From assembly GCA_965198225.1 (NCBI GenBank), contig CBDAOY010000004.1, positions 192,001-256,000 of the forward strand: a stretch of DNA of 64,000 nucleotides, read 5' to 3'. Every line of letters begins with the position of its first letter. The first letter of the stretch is position 1. Below, one piece after another: positions 1 through 10,287 of the stretch. Both the position numbers and the translations under genes were made by a program. The notes beneath the pieces were generated by a model, which worked only from the letters and a program-made list of their open reading frames with translations, had not been told where the DNA came from and made no database searches. The DNA is from Terriglobia bacterium. GTDB lineage: Bacteria > Acidobacteriota > Terriglobia > 20CM-2-55-15.

Positions 1-87
1 GCTCCGGTCTCTGAGCTTCTGCCGCGAAGGGCGAACCCAGAAAGGCCACCATCGCTGTCAGCAGAAAAACCTGATAAACGCGTATCG

Positions 88-2487
88 TCATTGTCCTTCG
101 ACCTCCATCACGAATTTCATGCCAGATTCGAGGTGTTCCGCGATATGGCAATGGATCATCCAGCGACCCGGGTTCGACAGCTCGAGCAGGATGTCCGTCG
201 TCGAGCCTGTGGGCAACAATACTGTATCCTTCCAGACCAGGTTGTTGTCAGCAACGCCGTTCTGCTCAAGGACCAGGAAGCGTTGGCCATGGATATGCAG
301 CGGGTGTTGCATGGCGTGAAACGCGTCCCGGTCGTTTACGATGCGAATCTTGACGACATCGCCGACGCGAAAGCGCCAGTCGATGTCCATGTTCTCCTTG
401 CCTGTAGCGGGATCGCGCAGGATCCACTCGACCTCCTCCCCACTCGACGCCCAGTTCATCATCGGCATCGTTCCTGTCCACTCGACGGGGTTGAAATAGA
501 CCCAGTCGTAGGCCATGGACTGTTCGACGGGAAGGGGAAGGTCCTTGACCTCGAGCGATAGCACCAGCTCGTGGTCCAGGGGCTTGTCGAACAGGTGACG
601 GTAGTTGTCGATCTCAGCGACGACAGCGTCGTGCTCGCGAACGCTCGCGAAGGCATCGGAGTAGTCCGGCTCGGCTGCGCCCTCAGACACCCGCACCCTG
701 CCCATCGCCCTCAGCTCCGGCAGGAAGACACCCTGGCGATGGTTGATGCCCTGAACATGGTTGACCATGCGGTACACGCCCGACTCCGGGAACTGGACCT
801 CCACCACGTAGCGCTCTGCCGGAGCCAACACCGCGTTTCGGGCGATGGCCTCGCGCTCGAAGCGCCCCACGTCGGACCCGACGACCTTCATGGACAGGAT
901 CTCGTCAGGCACCGCCGCGTCGCGCGGTGACCCCACCGCATCCCCACGCCGGAACGAAAGGTTGAATGTGCGCGTGCTCGATGCATTCGTCAGGAAGAAC
1001 CGAACCACTTCGCCTCGATCGACTTCGAGCTCATAGTCAGGCTCTCCGTTCACGAGGAACACGTTGCCGAAGCGGCCCATCAACATGTAGTTGGCCGACT
1101 CGTCCCCGAATGGCACGATGCCGGCGTCGGACAGCAGAAGGTCGTCGAGCATCAAGACCTCCTCGCGATTCACCTCGTTGTAGTAGTTCTCGGGAAGCGG
1201 ATCGACCAGCATGTTGCCGTAGAGTCCCATCTCCTGCTGGACATCCTCGCGGTGGTGCGGGTGGTACCAGTAAATGCCCGCGTCGCGGAAGTAAATCCGG
1301 TATTGAAACGTTTCGCCAGGTTGCACGGGGTCCTGGGTGACGCCGGGAACACCGTCGAAGCGGTTGTCGAGACGCACACCGTGCCAGTGGACGGCGGTCG
1401 GCAGCGGTGTCCGATTCGTGAAGTTCACGAAGATCGTCGACTTCTCGGGCACCTTGATCAGTGGGCCGGGGTGTTGACGATTGAACGCCATCATGATCAC
1501 GGTGCGGCCCCGGATCTGGCGACGTACGAATCCGGCCTCCAGATCGAGCGTGCCGCCGTCGGGAAGCTCGACCAGCTCTCGCGGGCCGACGGCGGGCAGA
1601 TCGGCTGCATCAACGGGCGCCGGTAGCAGAGGGGAGACCCGGGGGGAGAGGCCCATCATCCCCGGAAGCATGCGGACCCCGGCGTAGGAAGGGGGCATCA
1701 TCCAGGCATTCCCGTCCATCGCGTGCATGTCGTGGCCGCCGGTGGGGGGCGCCTGCGCAGCGGAAGGCGCCTGTGCCAACATATCGTGCGCCTCCATTAA
1801 GCTGGAGGGCGAGCGGCCGCGCAGCACCAACCTGCCATTACGATCCGAAACGTCGGCTGACGCCTCGGCGCTGATCATGATCAGGAATTTGTTGAGCGCG
1901 ACGTTGCCAAGCGGGTTGGCGCCGTTCGACACTTCGCCGAGCTGGATGAGTTGGTCGAAGACCGGTGTGGTGGCCCAGGCCACGAAGGCGCTGTAAGGGC
2001 CGAGTGACGTGACGTCGGGCAGGCCCTCGATCCAGGCGGTCAGCGCGTACTCGTGGTGTCCTTCCGGTGTGACCGCTACACCAAAGGGCGAGGGTACACG
2101 CCCCATCTCCACCACGCCCTGCGCATCGCCGCCCGCGGCGGTCGAAAAGAGATCCACGCAGTAGAGATCAGACGCCGGTCTTGCGAACGGATTGGCGGTT
2201 CGACTGGGAGTGCTGCCGACCCGAGATCCAGCCGCGCGGTCGGCGCAGAGACCCGACACGCCCGCAACCTGCCCGCCGCCGGTCCATGCGCCGATGGCCA
2301 ACGCCAGGAAGCCCGCCAGCGTCGCCAAACCGACGCCGGCCGTGCGTACATAGAAACCGGCTGAACTCCGCGAGGTCCACGTCGATCGTCGCACGTTACT
2401 CTTCACTCCTGCCAATGGCCCCTCAAACGAGCTACCAGTCCCGAGCCCGATCCCGTCGTTTTGGTTTTCTTCCCGAACGAACGGCAA
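88..2487 (-). CDS. Multicopper oxidase (laccase/CueO-like) with N-terminal extension
   Basis: Copper motifs VHWHG, YWYHPH, HPLHIHG and HCHIAEHLESGM; hydrophobic segment near the N-terminus; His/Met-rich linker. Start is uncertain. Confidence 0.9.
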   Translation of the reverse strand: MPFVREENQNDGIGLGTGSSFEGPLAGVKSNVRRSTWTSRSSAGFYVRTAGVGLATLAGFLALAIGAWTGGGQVAGVSGLCADRAAGSRVGSTPSRTANPFARPASDLYCVDLFSTAAGGDAQGVVEMGRVPSPFGVAVTPEGHHEYALTAWIEGLPDVTSLGPYSAFVAWATTPVFDQLIQLGEVSNGANPLGNVALNKFLIMISAEASADVSDRNGRLVLRGRSPSSLMEAHDMLAQAPSAAQAPPTGGHDMHAMDGNAWMMPPSYAGVRMLPGMMGLSPRVSPLLPAPVDAADLPAVGPRELVELPDGGTLDLEAGFVRRQIRGRTVIMMAFNRQHPGPLIKVPEKSTIFVNFTNRTPLPTAVHWHGVRLDNRFDGVPGVTQDPVQPGETFQYRIYFRDAGIYWYHPHHREDVQQEMGLYGNMLVDPLPENYYNEVNREEVLMLDDLLLSDAGIVPFGDESANYMLMGRFGNVFLVNGEPDYELEVDRGEVVRFFLTNASSTRTFNLSFRRGDAVGSPRDAAVPDEILSMKVVGSDVGRFEREAIARNAVLAPAERYVVEVQFPESGVYRMVNHVQGINHRQGVFLPELRAMGRVRVSEGAAEPDYSDAFASVREHDAVVAEIDNYRHLFDKPLDHELVLSLEVKDLPLPVEQSMAYDWVYFNPVEWTGTMPMMNWASSGEEVEWILRDPATGKENMDIDWRFRVGDVVKIRIVNDRDAFHAMQHPLHIHGQRFLVLEQNGVADNNLVWKDTVLLPTGSTTDILLELSNPGRWMIHCHIAEHLESGMKFVMEVEGQ

Positions 2488-2786
2488 AAAGTTGAGAAAA
2501 GTCTATAGAACCGGCCCCTTGGAGGCAATCAATCAAGTGAAGGTCCGTTCGTCACACGAAAGCGATAGGCACTTCCGGTTTGGCAGGCGTCGTTGGCCGA
2601 ATCGGTCAGGATAGCGCTCAGACCGCTTCTCTCAGCAATCAGCTGTGTTCGTAGGGATTAGCACCCAGTCAAGGCGGATGTCGGTAGTGCCCAAGTAAAC
2701 TTGAGCACTACCCGGATGTCGCCGAGTGGGCGCGATTGCGCCGTCTGTGTTACAACGAGATTCCCTGAAAGGAGTTTAGACAAGAT

Positions 2787-3234
2787 ATGAATCTGCCAGA
2801 CGCACCGATTCCTCACGATGGTTTCTTCGTCACCCACTTCCTGACGGTCAAAGACCAGATCAGATCCCGAGAGTTTTACGCGGGGGTGTTGGGGAGGAAA
2901 AGTCATCGCTCCGGAGAGCCCCTGCATCATCAAGCTGGCCAACTCTTGGATCGTCCTCAACGTGGGTGGTGGTCCCACGCCAGATAAGCCGGGAGTATTC
3001 CTCGAACCGCCACGGGATCCGAACCAAGTCAGCAGTTTCTTGAATCTGAGAGTTGCTGACATTCGCGCATACTACACACAATGGAAGGCCAAGGGAGCAC
3101 ACTTCCTGACGGAGCCGCTCGACAATCATGGGTGGGAAACAAGATGTTACATGCAGGACCCAGACGGTTACATCATCGAAGTCGGACAGCCAAGTCAGAA
3201 GATGATTGATCTTCTTGAACAACACGCGGGCTAG
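2787..3234 (+). pseudogene. VOC/glyoxalase family protein, frameshifted
   Basis: ORFs 2787-2987 and 2962-3234 join into one VOC protein (VLGGKVIAPESPCIIKLANSWIVLNVGGG...DPDGYIIEVGQ) if one G is removed from the G run at about 2891-2894. Could be a sequencing indel. Confidence 0.75.
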
Positions 3235-3335
3235 AACAGCATGCTTTAGGTCTGGCTGGCCGCCAGCCCAATCGTGGGGTGAACCGTTCTTAACGGCGGC
3301 GCCTGGGCGGCCGGGGCGTTGGTGCGGAAACTGAG

Positions 3336-3848
3336 ATGACGAAAGTTGCGGAGGTGATCCTGCTTGGACTGTTGGCCCAATCGGTGTCGACTTCTCCTCA
3401 GGCAGCTTTCCTGACCGGCGTCAGCATAGAGGTGCCGGCTCGTCTATACGTCGAAAGGAACGGCAATGCGCTGGCAGTTTCGGTGACGCAGCGCGGATAC
3501 GTTTCTCTCGCTGAGGTTCTCGCGACCCCGCTGGGGGAAGTCAATGGCTATCCGGATCGCTGGAGGGACTTGACAGGTTATTTGGGGTTTATCGGTCAGA
3601 CGCCGAAGATTCGCCAGGTCAGCGGGCGCGAGTTTGGTGTGCTCGAAGGAGAGATCGACGCCACGTACATCTACATCTCGCGAGCCTGCTTCGTACAAGC
3701 CACGTTCATGACCGGTGGGCTGGCATCAGACTACCGTGACGCGGTGCTGACCATGGCTGAGTCTCTTCGACTGGAACTTCGCCTGCGTCCGTCCGACGAC
3801 ACAGCGGGTCCATGCCCTGCACCACACAACAGGCAGGCGGAGCGGTAG
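3336..3848 (+). CDS. Hypothetical protein, possible signal peptide
   Basis: 170-aa ORF with hydrophobic N-terminus; no family recognised. Confidence 0.5.
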   Translation: MTKVAEVILLGLLAQSVSTSPQAAFLTGVSIEVPARLYVERNGNALAVSVTQRGYVSLAEVLATPLGEVNGYPDRWRDLTGYLGFIGQTPKIRQVSGREFGVLEGEIDATYIYISRACFVQATFMTGGLASDYRDAVLTMAESLRLELRLRPSDDTAGPCPAPHNRQAER

Positions 3849-3887
3849 GAGAGACTCGGTGCAACTTTGGTAAGGAGGGGAGACACG

Positions 3888-4274
3888 ATGACGAGTTCGA
3901 GACTGCTGGAAGTAGACAGCGTGGGCAATGTACTGCTGGGTCTGCCGCTGCTGCTGGCCCCCGAGTTTGTGTCCGAGTTCCTGGGGCTTCCCATGGATGG
4001 CGCAGCCTTCTATCCAGCGATTCTCGGCGCTGTATTTGTCGGGATTGGCGTAGCGTTGCTGCTGGAGAGATTCAGACCGTCGGCTGGCGGTCTCGGGCTT
4101 GGCGGCGCGATGAGCATCAATCTGATTTTTGGCGTGGTGCTCGCCGGATGGCTCGTCTTGTCAGGGGCGGATCTTCGGCCTCGAGGGGTGTTCTTGTTAT
4201 CGGTACTCGCTGTGATTCTCGTTGGGATCAGCATGGTCGAGGCGTTCTCGCTATCGCGGGATAAGAGCGCCTAG
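3888..4274 (+). CDS. Small integral membrane protein (about 4 TM)
   Basis: AGGAGG RBS before ATG 3888; four hydrophobic stretches. Confidence 0.7.
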   Translation: MTSSRLLEVDSVGNVLLGLPLLLAPEFVSEFLGLPMDGAAFYPAILGAVFVGIGVALLLERFRPSAGGLGLGGAMSINLIFGVVLAGWLVLSGADLRPRGVFLLSVLAVILVGISMVEAFSLSRDKSA

Positions 4275-4355
4275 CCAGGTACCGCTGATCGCCATCACTG
4301 AGCCTGAAATCAAGAGATGCCTGATAAGGTCGGCGCCGTCGAGGCGGCACTCGGA

Positions 4356-4784
4356 ATGACTGATGTTCAGAAAGCTGATCCTGCGGCGCGACGGCACGCC
4401 GTACAGTTTGTTGTCGTCGGGGCGATACTGGGAGCTCTGCTCATTGTCGGCTTAGAACGCTACCGTGCGCTTCTGCTCGAGTGGTTTCAGTCCGAGCCCG
4501 AACTATTGACGCATCGACTGACCCTCGTCTTCATTTTTACCACTGTTGTCGGGTCAGCGCCGCTATTCGCCTTCGCCATCTATCTTTGGTCGCTCGGCAG
4601 CAGGGTGACGCGCGTGCAGCGCTTTCCGCTGCCGGAGCAGCGGGTGGTTCGAGACACCCGGATCGTTGAGGGCGAGGCGGCAAAAGCCCGCGGGCGTGGC
4701 CTCCAGGTTCTGGCGATCTCTCTGGGCGTGGCCGGCGTGATGTTGTCCTACCTGTTTTGGCGGCTTGTCTCGGCGATCGGTTGA
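4356..4784 (+). CDS. Hypothetical membrane protein (about 3 TM)
   Basis: Three hydrophobic segments; start at 4356 or 4317. Confidence 0.6.
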   Translation: MTDVQKADPAARRHAVQFVVVGAILGALLIVGLERYRALLLEWFQSEPELLTHRLTLVFIFTTVVGSAPLFAFAIYLWSLGSRVTRVQRFPLPEQRVVRDTRIVEGEAAKARGRGLQVLAISLGVAGVMLSYLFWRLVSAIG

Positions 4785-4917
4785 CGCCATCCTGTGAGGC
4801 TGAAAGGGTTGTGGAAAAACCGCTTTGCCCGGAAATTGACAGGCCGTCCAGCCGAGCATAGGATGGCTGCAAAGTCGATCACACTCCACAATTGAAGACT
4901 CATCCCGAAGGAGGGCA

Positions 4918-6039
4918 ATGATGCGCGGAACGATTTTATCAGTGGTTTTGTTGTGGGCTCTCACTCCCGCAGTCGCTGCCCGTGCACAGACCCGGGCGAC
5001 GGATACCCTGGACATTTATCTGATCGACGTGGAGGGCGGCAACGCCACGCTCTTCGTTTCGCCATCGGGCGAGTCCCTGCTGATGGATACGGGAAACGGA
5101 GGCGCGCGGGCCGCTCGTGACGCTGGCCGCATCCTGGACGCCGTTCGAGACGCCGGCCTTCAGCAGATCGACCACCTGATCACCACTCACTGGCACGGCG
5201 ATCATTTCGGCGCAATGGCCGAACTTGCGGACCGGATACCGATCCGGAATTTCATCGATCATGGTCCCAGCGTTCAATCCAGCCCAAACACGGACACGTT
5301 CCTCGAGACGACATATCCAGGACTCCATCGCGAAGCAAGTCACACGGTCGTGAAGCCGGGCGACAAGATCCCGGTCGAAGGAGTCGATATCACGATACTC
5401 GCTTCGGCCGGCGAGGTTGTCGATGACCCGCTTCCGGGCATGGGCCGGCCGAATCCGTATTGCGCCGGCTTCACACCTCAGGCTCCGGACGAGGGCGAAA
5501 ACGCCCAGTCTGTCGGAATCTTCGTCGGGTTCCAGCAGTTTCGGGCCCTCCATCTGGGCGATCTCACGGTGAACAAGGAATTCGACCTGATGTGTCCCGA
5601 CAACCCTATCGGCACCGTGGACCTGTTCGTCGTTGCACACCACGGGCAGCCGACCTCGAATGCAGAGGTGCTCGCTCACGCGATCCAGCCCCGCGTCGCG
5701 ATCCTGAACAACGGTACGCGCAAAGGCGGGCAGCCGGAGGCGATGAAGATTCTTTATTCGGCCCCCGGTCTCCAGGACCTGTGGCAGCTCCACTTTTCGC
5801 TCTTGAGCGGACAGGAATACACCGTGCCTGGCATCTTCATCGCCAACGGCATCGACGAAGAGCAGCCGGCTATGCCCGTGACGCCGATGCCGCAACCGCG
5901 CCGCGGATCGGGCGCTCCGCCCCCGCCGGTTCACGATGGGCCCGCGAACTGGATCAAGGTGTCCGCCCGAGAGAATGGTTCTTTCACCGTCACGAACAGC
6001 CGGAACGGTTTCAGCAAGGTGTACCGGGTGGAACGATAG
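4918..6039 (+). CDS. Secreted MBL-fold metallo-hydrolase (ComEC/Rec2-like catalytic domain)
   Basis: Signal peptide; IDVEGGNAT, THWHGDHFG (HxHxDH), LGDL and HHG motifs. Confidence 0.85.
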   Translation: MMRGTILSVVLLWALTPAVAARAQTRATDTLDIYLIDVEGGNATLFVSPSGESLLMDTGNGGARAARDAGRILDAVRDAGLQQIDHLITTHWHGDHFGAMAELADRIPIRNFIDHGPSVQSSPNTDTFLETTYPGLHREASHTVVKPGDKIPVEGVDITILASAGEVVDDPLPGMGRPNPYCAGFTPQAPDEGENAQSVGIFVGFQQFRALHLGDLTVNKEFDLMCPDNPIGTVDLFVVAHHGQPTSNAEVLAHAIQPRVAILNNGTRKGGQPEAMKILYSAPGLQDLWQLHFSLLSGQEYTVPGIFIANGIDEEQPAMPVTPMPQPRRGSGAPPPPVHDGPANWIKVSARENGSFTVTNSRNGFSKVYRVER

Positions 6040-6086
6040 ATCAGTACCGCCCGGGAAGCTGCTTTCCACAGGAATGTGTGAACCAG

Positions 6087-6156
6087 GTGTAGGTGCGGTC
6101 TATGACCGCACATCTTTCGAACCGCAACAACGTGCGTTCATAGAGCGCACCTACAC
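6087..6156. repeat. REP doublet (REPIN-like), GTAG family, copy 1
   Basis: GTGTAGGTGCGGTCTATGACCGCAC + 20-nt spacer + inverted GTGCGTTCATAGAGCGCACCTACAC, between convergent genes. Confidence 0.9.
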
Positions 6157-6186
6157 GCGAGCTTGAAGTTTCGCTGTCCACGGGAG

Positions 6187-6876
6187 CTAGGAAATAATTC
6201 GGCTCTTGAGCGTTTTGCTGACGGCCTCGGCCTTGGAGTGCACGTGGAGTTTGTCGTAGACCGTGCGGATGTAGTTGCGGACGGTATTGATGCTGATATG
6301 GAGGTTATCGGCGATGGCTTGATAGCTGTAGCCATCCGCAAGGAAGCCGAGTAGACGCACTTCGTTGGGTGTGAGGTCTTTCGTGAATCCTGGAGGCGAA
6401 CCGGCCCTCCGAAACAGCGTCACCACCTTGCGCGCAACCTCCGGGGTCATAGGAGCTCCACCATCGTGTGCTTCGCGAATCGCCTCGAGGAGCTTTGCCG
6501 GGGGCGTTTTTTTCAGAAGGTAACCGCAGGCGCCGTTGCAGATCGACTCGAAGATCTTGTCGTCTTCGGCGAATACAGTAAGCATGAGGACTTGCATTTC
6601 CGGACACTCGTTGCGGAGCAGGCGAACTCCTTCCGATCCCCAGATCCCCGGTAGGTGGACATCCAGAAGCAGGACGTCGGGATCCTCTCCACCCAACGAG
6701 CGTCGAGCGTCCTCCACAGATGAGTAGGTCGCCACGCACTGATAGGGATCAGAGAGCGAGTCCCTCCCGCGTCAGCGTCCTCCACCGCCGGTCCCGTCGA
6801 TCAGGAGAGCGAGTCCCTCCCGCGTCGGGCGGTCATCTTCGACGATCGCCACTCTAATGTTTTCGTCCGATTCCAT
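6187..6876 (-). pseudogene. NarL/LuxR-family response regulator interrupted by a 39-nt insertion with an in-frame TGA
   Basis: MESDENIRVAIVEDD start at 6876 is in frame with DVLLLDVHLPG, GACGYLLK and a LuxR HTH (LTPNEVRLL...YDKLHV). Insertion 6745-6783 carries the stop. Confidence 0.8.
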
Positions 6877-6923
6877 GAGTTTGAAGCTCAGGTCATCCTA
6901 CTTTGGTCGCCGTAAAAGTAAAA

Positions 6924-6939
6924 GCGCATGTTCATGCGC
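6924..6939. promoter_or_regulatory. 7-2-7 inverted-repeat operator upstream of the response regulator
   Basis: Perfect GCGCATG-TT-CATGCGC; 16 bp identical (reverse complement) to 10223-10238. Confidence 0.7.
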
Positions 6940-6941
6940 CC

Positions 6942-9900
6942 TTATTTAATCGAAAGCGTCAATGTCACCGATGTTCCTCGGCCGGGGCTGGAAGAGATCT
7001 TGAAATCCGCGTCCAGTTGCGCCGCCCTCGCCCGCATGTTTGCCAACCCGTGTCCGGGCTCCGCCGGCGGGTCGGACTGCCGCGTTTCGAATCCTCTTCC
7101 GTCGTCACGGATCTGGGCCTTGAGAGAGTCGCCCTCGACAGAGAACGCCAGTGACGCCGCGGTGCAATCGGCGTGCCGCGCGATGTTGTTGACAGCCTCC
7201 TTGAGGATCAGAAAGAGACCGCGGCGTTTCTCCGGATCGAGTCCCAACCCTGTCCAACTCGGCGCTCGTGTGAAACTCCCACTTGATCCCTCTGGATTCG
7301 AAGACGTCGGACGCGAACGCCCTCAGCCGCACGATCAGACTCTTGAGATCATCTCGCCGGGGGTCGATGGACCACACGATGTCACCCATCGAATCCACCA
7401 GGCCTCGGGCCGATTCGGCGATCTCGGTCAGCCGTTGTCGGGATTCGTGCTGCTGTTCCCCGATCTGTTGCTTGACGACCTCGCTGAGGATCACCATCCG
7501 GGAAAGATTCAACCCGATGTCGTCATGAAGGTCCGTCGCAATGCGCGTCCGCACCGCCTGGATTCCCAGCAGGCGCCGAACCTGGAAGCGATGCAGCGAG
7601 TAAATTGCCGTCCCGACGGCGAGTGCAGTCACGGCGAGAAACCACCAGCGCAGCCAGAAGGGCGGGAGAACGGTAAAAGCGACAGCAGCGGGTGACGGGC
7701 TGGAAATCCCCTCATCGTTGAGAGCCCGGGCCTGAAACCGGTAGGTTCCCGGCGAAAGGTTCGCGTAGCTTATCGAGCGCTGATCGGTCGGGGGACTCCA
7801 CTCGTCGTCGGCACCTTCCAGCATATACTCGTAGCGCACCCCCTTCGTCACTCCGAAACTGGCGCTGACCACTTCGATCTGAAGTCGACTCTGCTGCGGG
7901 GCGAGCTCAAACGCGGACGGGTTCGCTTCTCCAAGCTCGGACAAGGGCTGAGGGACGCCGTCGATTTGGATTCCACGGATCCACACAGGGGGCGGCGCAT
8001 CAGTGCGTTCCGGCCTCGGAATCCGCAGCGACAGTCCGTCGCGCATCCCGAACCATACCCGATCCGTTCGGTCCAAAAACGCTACTGTGACTTCGCTTCC
8101 GATCAAACCATCCGCGCGACTATAGTGCTTGAACTGCCCCGTGGACGGATCGAGACGATCGACTCCGCGGGCGGTACCGATGTAGGTCCGCCCGAACCGG
8201 TCCTCCGCGAGGCTGCGGGCATTGTTGCTGGAGAGTCCGTCGGCAACCGAAAAGTTCCGGAAGGATGGGTTCGGCCCGCCGGGATCGTCGATGCGAGCGG
8301 CCCCCGCCCCGCTGCTGGCGACCCAGAGACTGCCGTCGCGATCCCCGTAGAGACCCTGGATCATCCCGCCGGGCACGCCGTAAGACTCGTCGAACTGCTC
8401 GAAGCGGCCGTGCCGGTAGCGCGCCAGACCGCCGTTGTGCATGCCGAGCCACACCTGCCCGCTGGCATCTTCCGCAAAAATATTGCTCCAGTTGTTCGGG
8501 GGCAGACCGTGAGCTTCGGCATAACGATGAAACGTCCCCGTCGAGCGCTCCCAGCGCGTCAGCATCACGGGGGGGTTGTAGGAGCTGATCCAGATGTCGC
8601 CACGGGAGTCCTCGAAGAGGCGATTGACGTTGTTATCTGCGAGACCGTCCCGCGTCGTGTAGTGGGCGTGCGGCCGGGTGTCGGCCAGATCTTCGAGCCG
8701 GTCAACCCTCGGAAAGCGGTACAGCCCCTCGATCGTGGCGACCCACCATTCCCCGGCCCGGTCCTGGATGATCCACCAGCGCCCAAGACTCGAGTCGATG
8801 ACGCGCTGGGGCAGGTTCGGTTGAACCGGCGTGAAACCGTCGCCATCGAATCGATTGATGGACCAGTGTGACGTGATCGCGTAGAGCGCTCCGTCATGAC
8901 CTTCGAAGATGTGTATCGTCTCGGGGCTCGCGATGCCTTCGGTTCCGCCATAAGATACGAGCCCATCGCGCGCGATCTTCATCGCACCCCGGTCCGGCGT
9001 GCCGACCCAAAGGTCTCCACTTCGGTCCTCGGCCAGGGCGGTGATCTGATTGTCCAGCCCCTGCTTTGTGCTGTAAACGCGGAACCGCTCTCCGTCGAAC
9101 TCGACCACACCGCCGTTGCGAGTTCCCATCCACACGTGGCCGTCTCCGGACTCGTGCACGGCCTGAACCTCGTTGCCCGGCAGGCCATCCGCCCTCGTGT
9201 AGGCGGATGCCTCGCCCGGCGTCTGTGGGAGCAGTATCCCCTCTTTCCCGCTCGGTGAACGGCCGGATCGCGGACTGACTGGAAGATCTCGAACCTGGCC
9301 GTCGAAGAGCCGCGCTTCGGCTGCCGGGTCGGGTTTGAAGACGAACAGCCCCGACTGATGGGCAAACCACAACCGGCCCTCCCGGTCGATGATCATCGCC
9401 AGCACCAGGTCGTCCCCGCCAGCCGGCCGGAGCGCATAGTAAGTCACCTGGCCGGTCGGAAGCAGGCGCGCCACACCCCATAAGGTGGCCACCCAGAGGC
9501 TGCCTTCGTGGTCCTGGGCCACGGCCACAGCGATTGTGAGCTCCTCCGGACCTGGGGGAATGTTCAGCGCGACGCGCTGGAATGAGCCTCCGTCACGGTC
9601 CGTTGCCTTCAGACGGAACAGCCCGCCGTTGGTCGAAGCCCAGATGTTCCCGTCCCGATCCTCATAGACTCCATTGACGAGGCTCCCCGGCACCTCGTCC
9701 CCGATCGGATAAGTCTTGAACAGCACCTCGTTACTCTCCTCGCTTCGAGAGTCCCTATTCGCCGCCCGGCCTCCCTGAGGGCTGCCGCCTCGAGATTCGG
9801 GACGGAATCGGACGACGCCACCTCCCTGCGTCGCTATCCAGTAAGTCCCGTCGCGACTCTCTACCAGGTGGCTCACTGTAGCGACGGGCAGCCCATCGCG

Positions 9901-10143
9901 CACGTCGTAGGTGGTAAAGCGCACCCCGTCGAACCAGCTGAGACCGTCGTTGGTACAGAACCACAAGTAGCCGCGGGAATCCCGAACGATGCAGCGGACA
10001 TGGTCGTGAGCCAGACCGTCGGACACGTCATAGGTCTTGACGGGAAGCTTCTCGGCGGAGGCGGACGGCGAGAGAATCCACAGCGCAGCGAGCAGCGGCG
10101 CCGCGTAGCGAGAAAGAGTTCCTCCGTACCTGTCGGCTCTCAT
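6942..10143 (-). pseudogene. Sensor histidine kinase (Reg_prop beta-propeller, Y_Y_Y, HisKA_3, HATPase), frameshifted near 7245
   Basis: Repeated DxxGxLW motifs, YANLSPGTYRF, one TM and IATDLHDDIG. HATPase motifs (KEAVNNIARHA, DDGRGF, GHGLANM) lie in ORF 6942-7247, rejoined by removing one base at GTTGGGACTC. Possibly an assembly indel. Confidence 0.85.
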
Positions 10144-10221
10144 GCTGGGATGCTCCTGAACGCAGTAGTCAAGGATGAACCTGTGTACACCGAGGCTTCA
10201 AGTGCAATGTCCCGAAGAAAA

Positions 10222-10237
10222 CCGCATGAACATGCGC
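10222..10237. promoter_or_regulatory. 7-2-7 inverted-repeat operator upstream of the RCC1-repeat gene
   Basis: CCGCATG-AA-CATGCGC, matching the site at 6924-6939. Confidence 0.7.
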
Positions 10238-10287
10238 TCCCCGATGCCGCGACCTAGTCCGACGATGGATTGTTCAAAGGAGGACGA

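Noticed and set aside
2600-4800. Integron cassette array (short co-oriented genes)
   Set aside because: I could not find convincing RYYYAAC...GTTRRRY attC boxes or an integrase; only weak look-alikes.
6772-6774. Selenocysteine or readthrough TGA in the regulator
   Set aside because: The TGA lies inside a patchwork duplication, not at a conserved Cys position.
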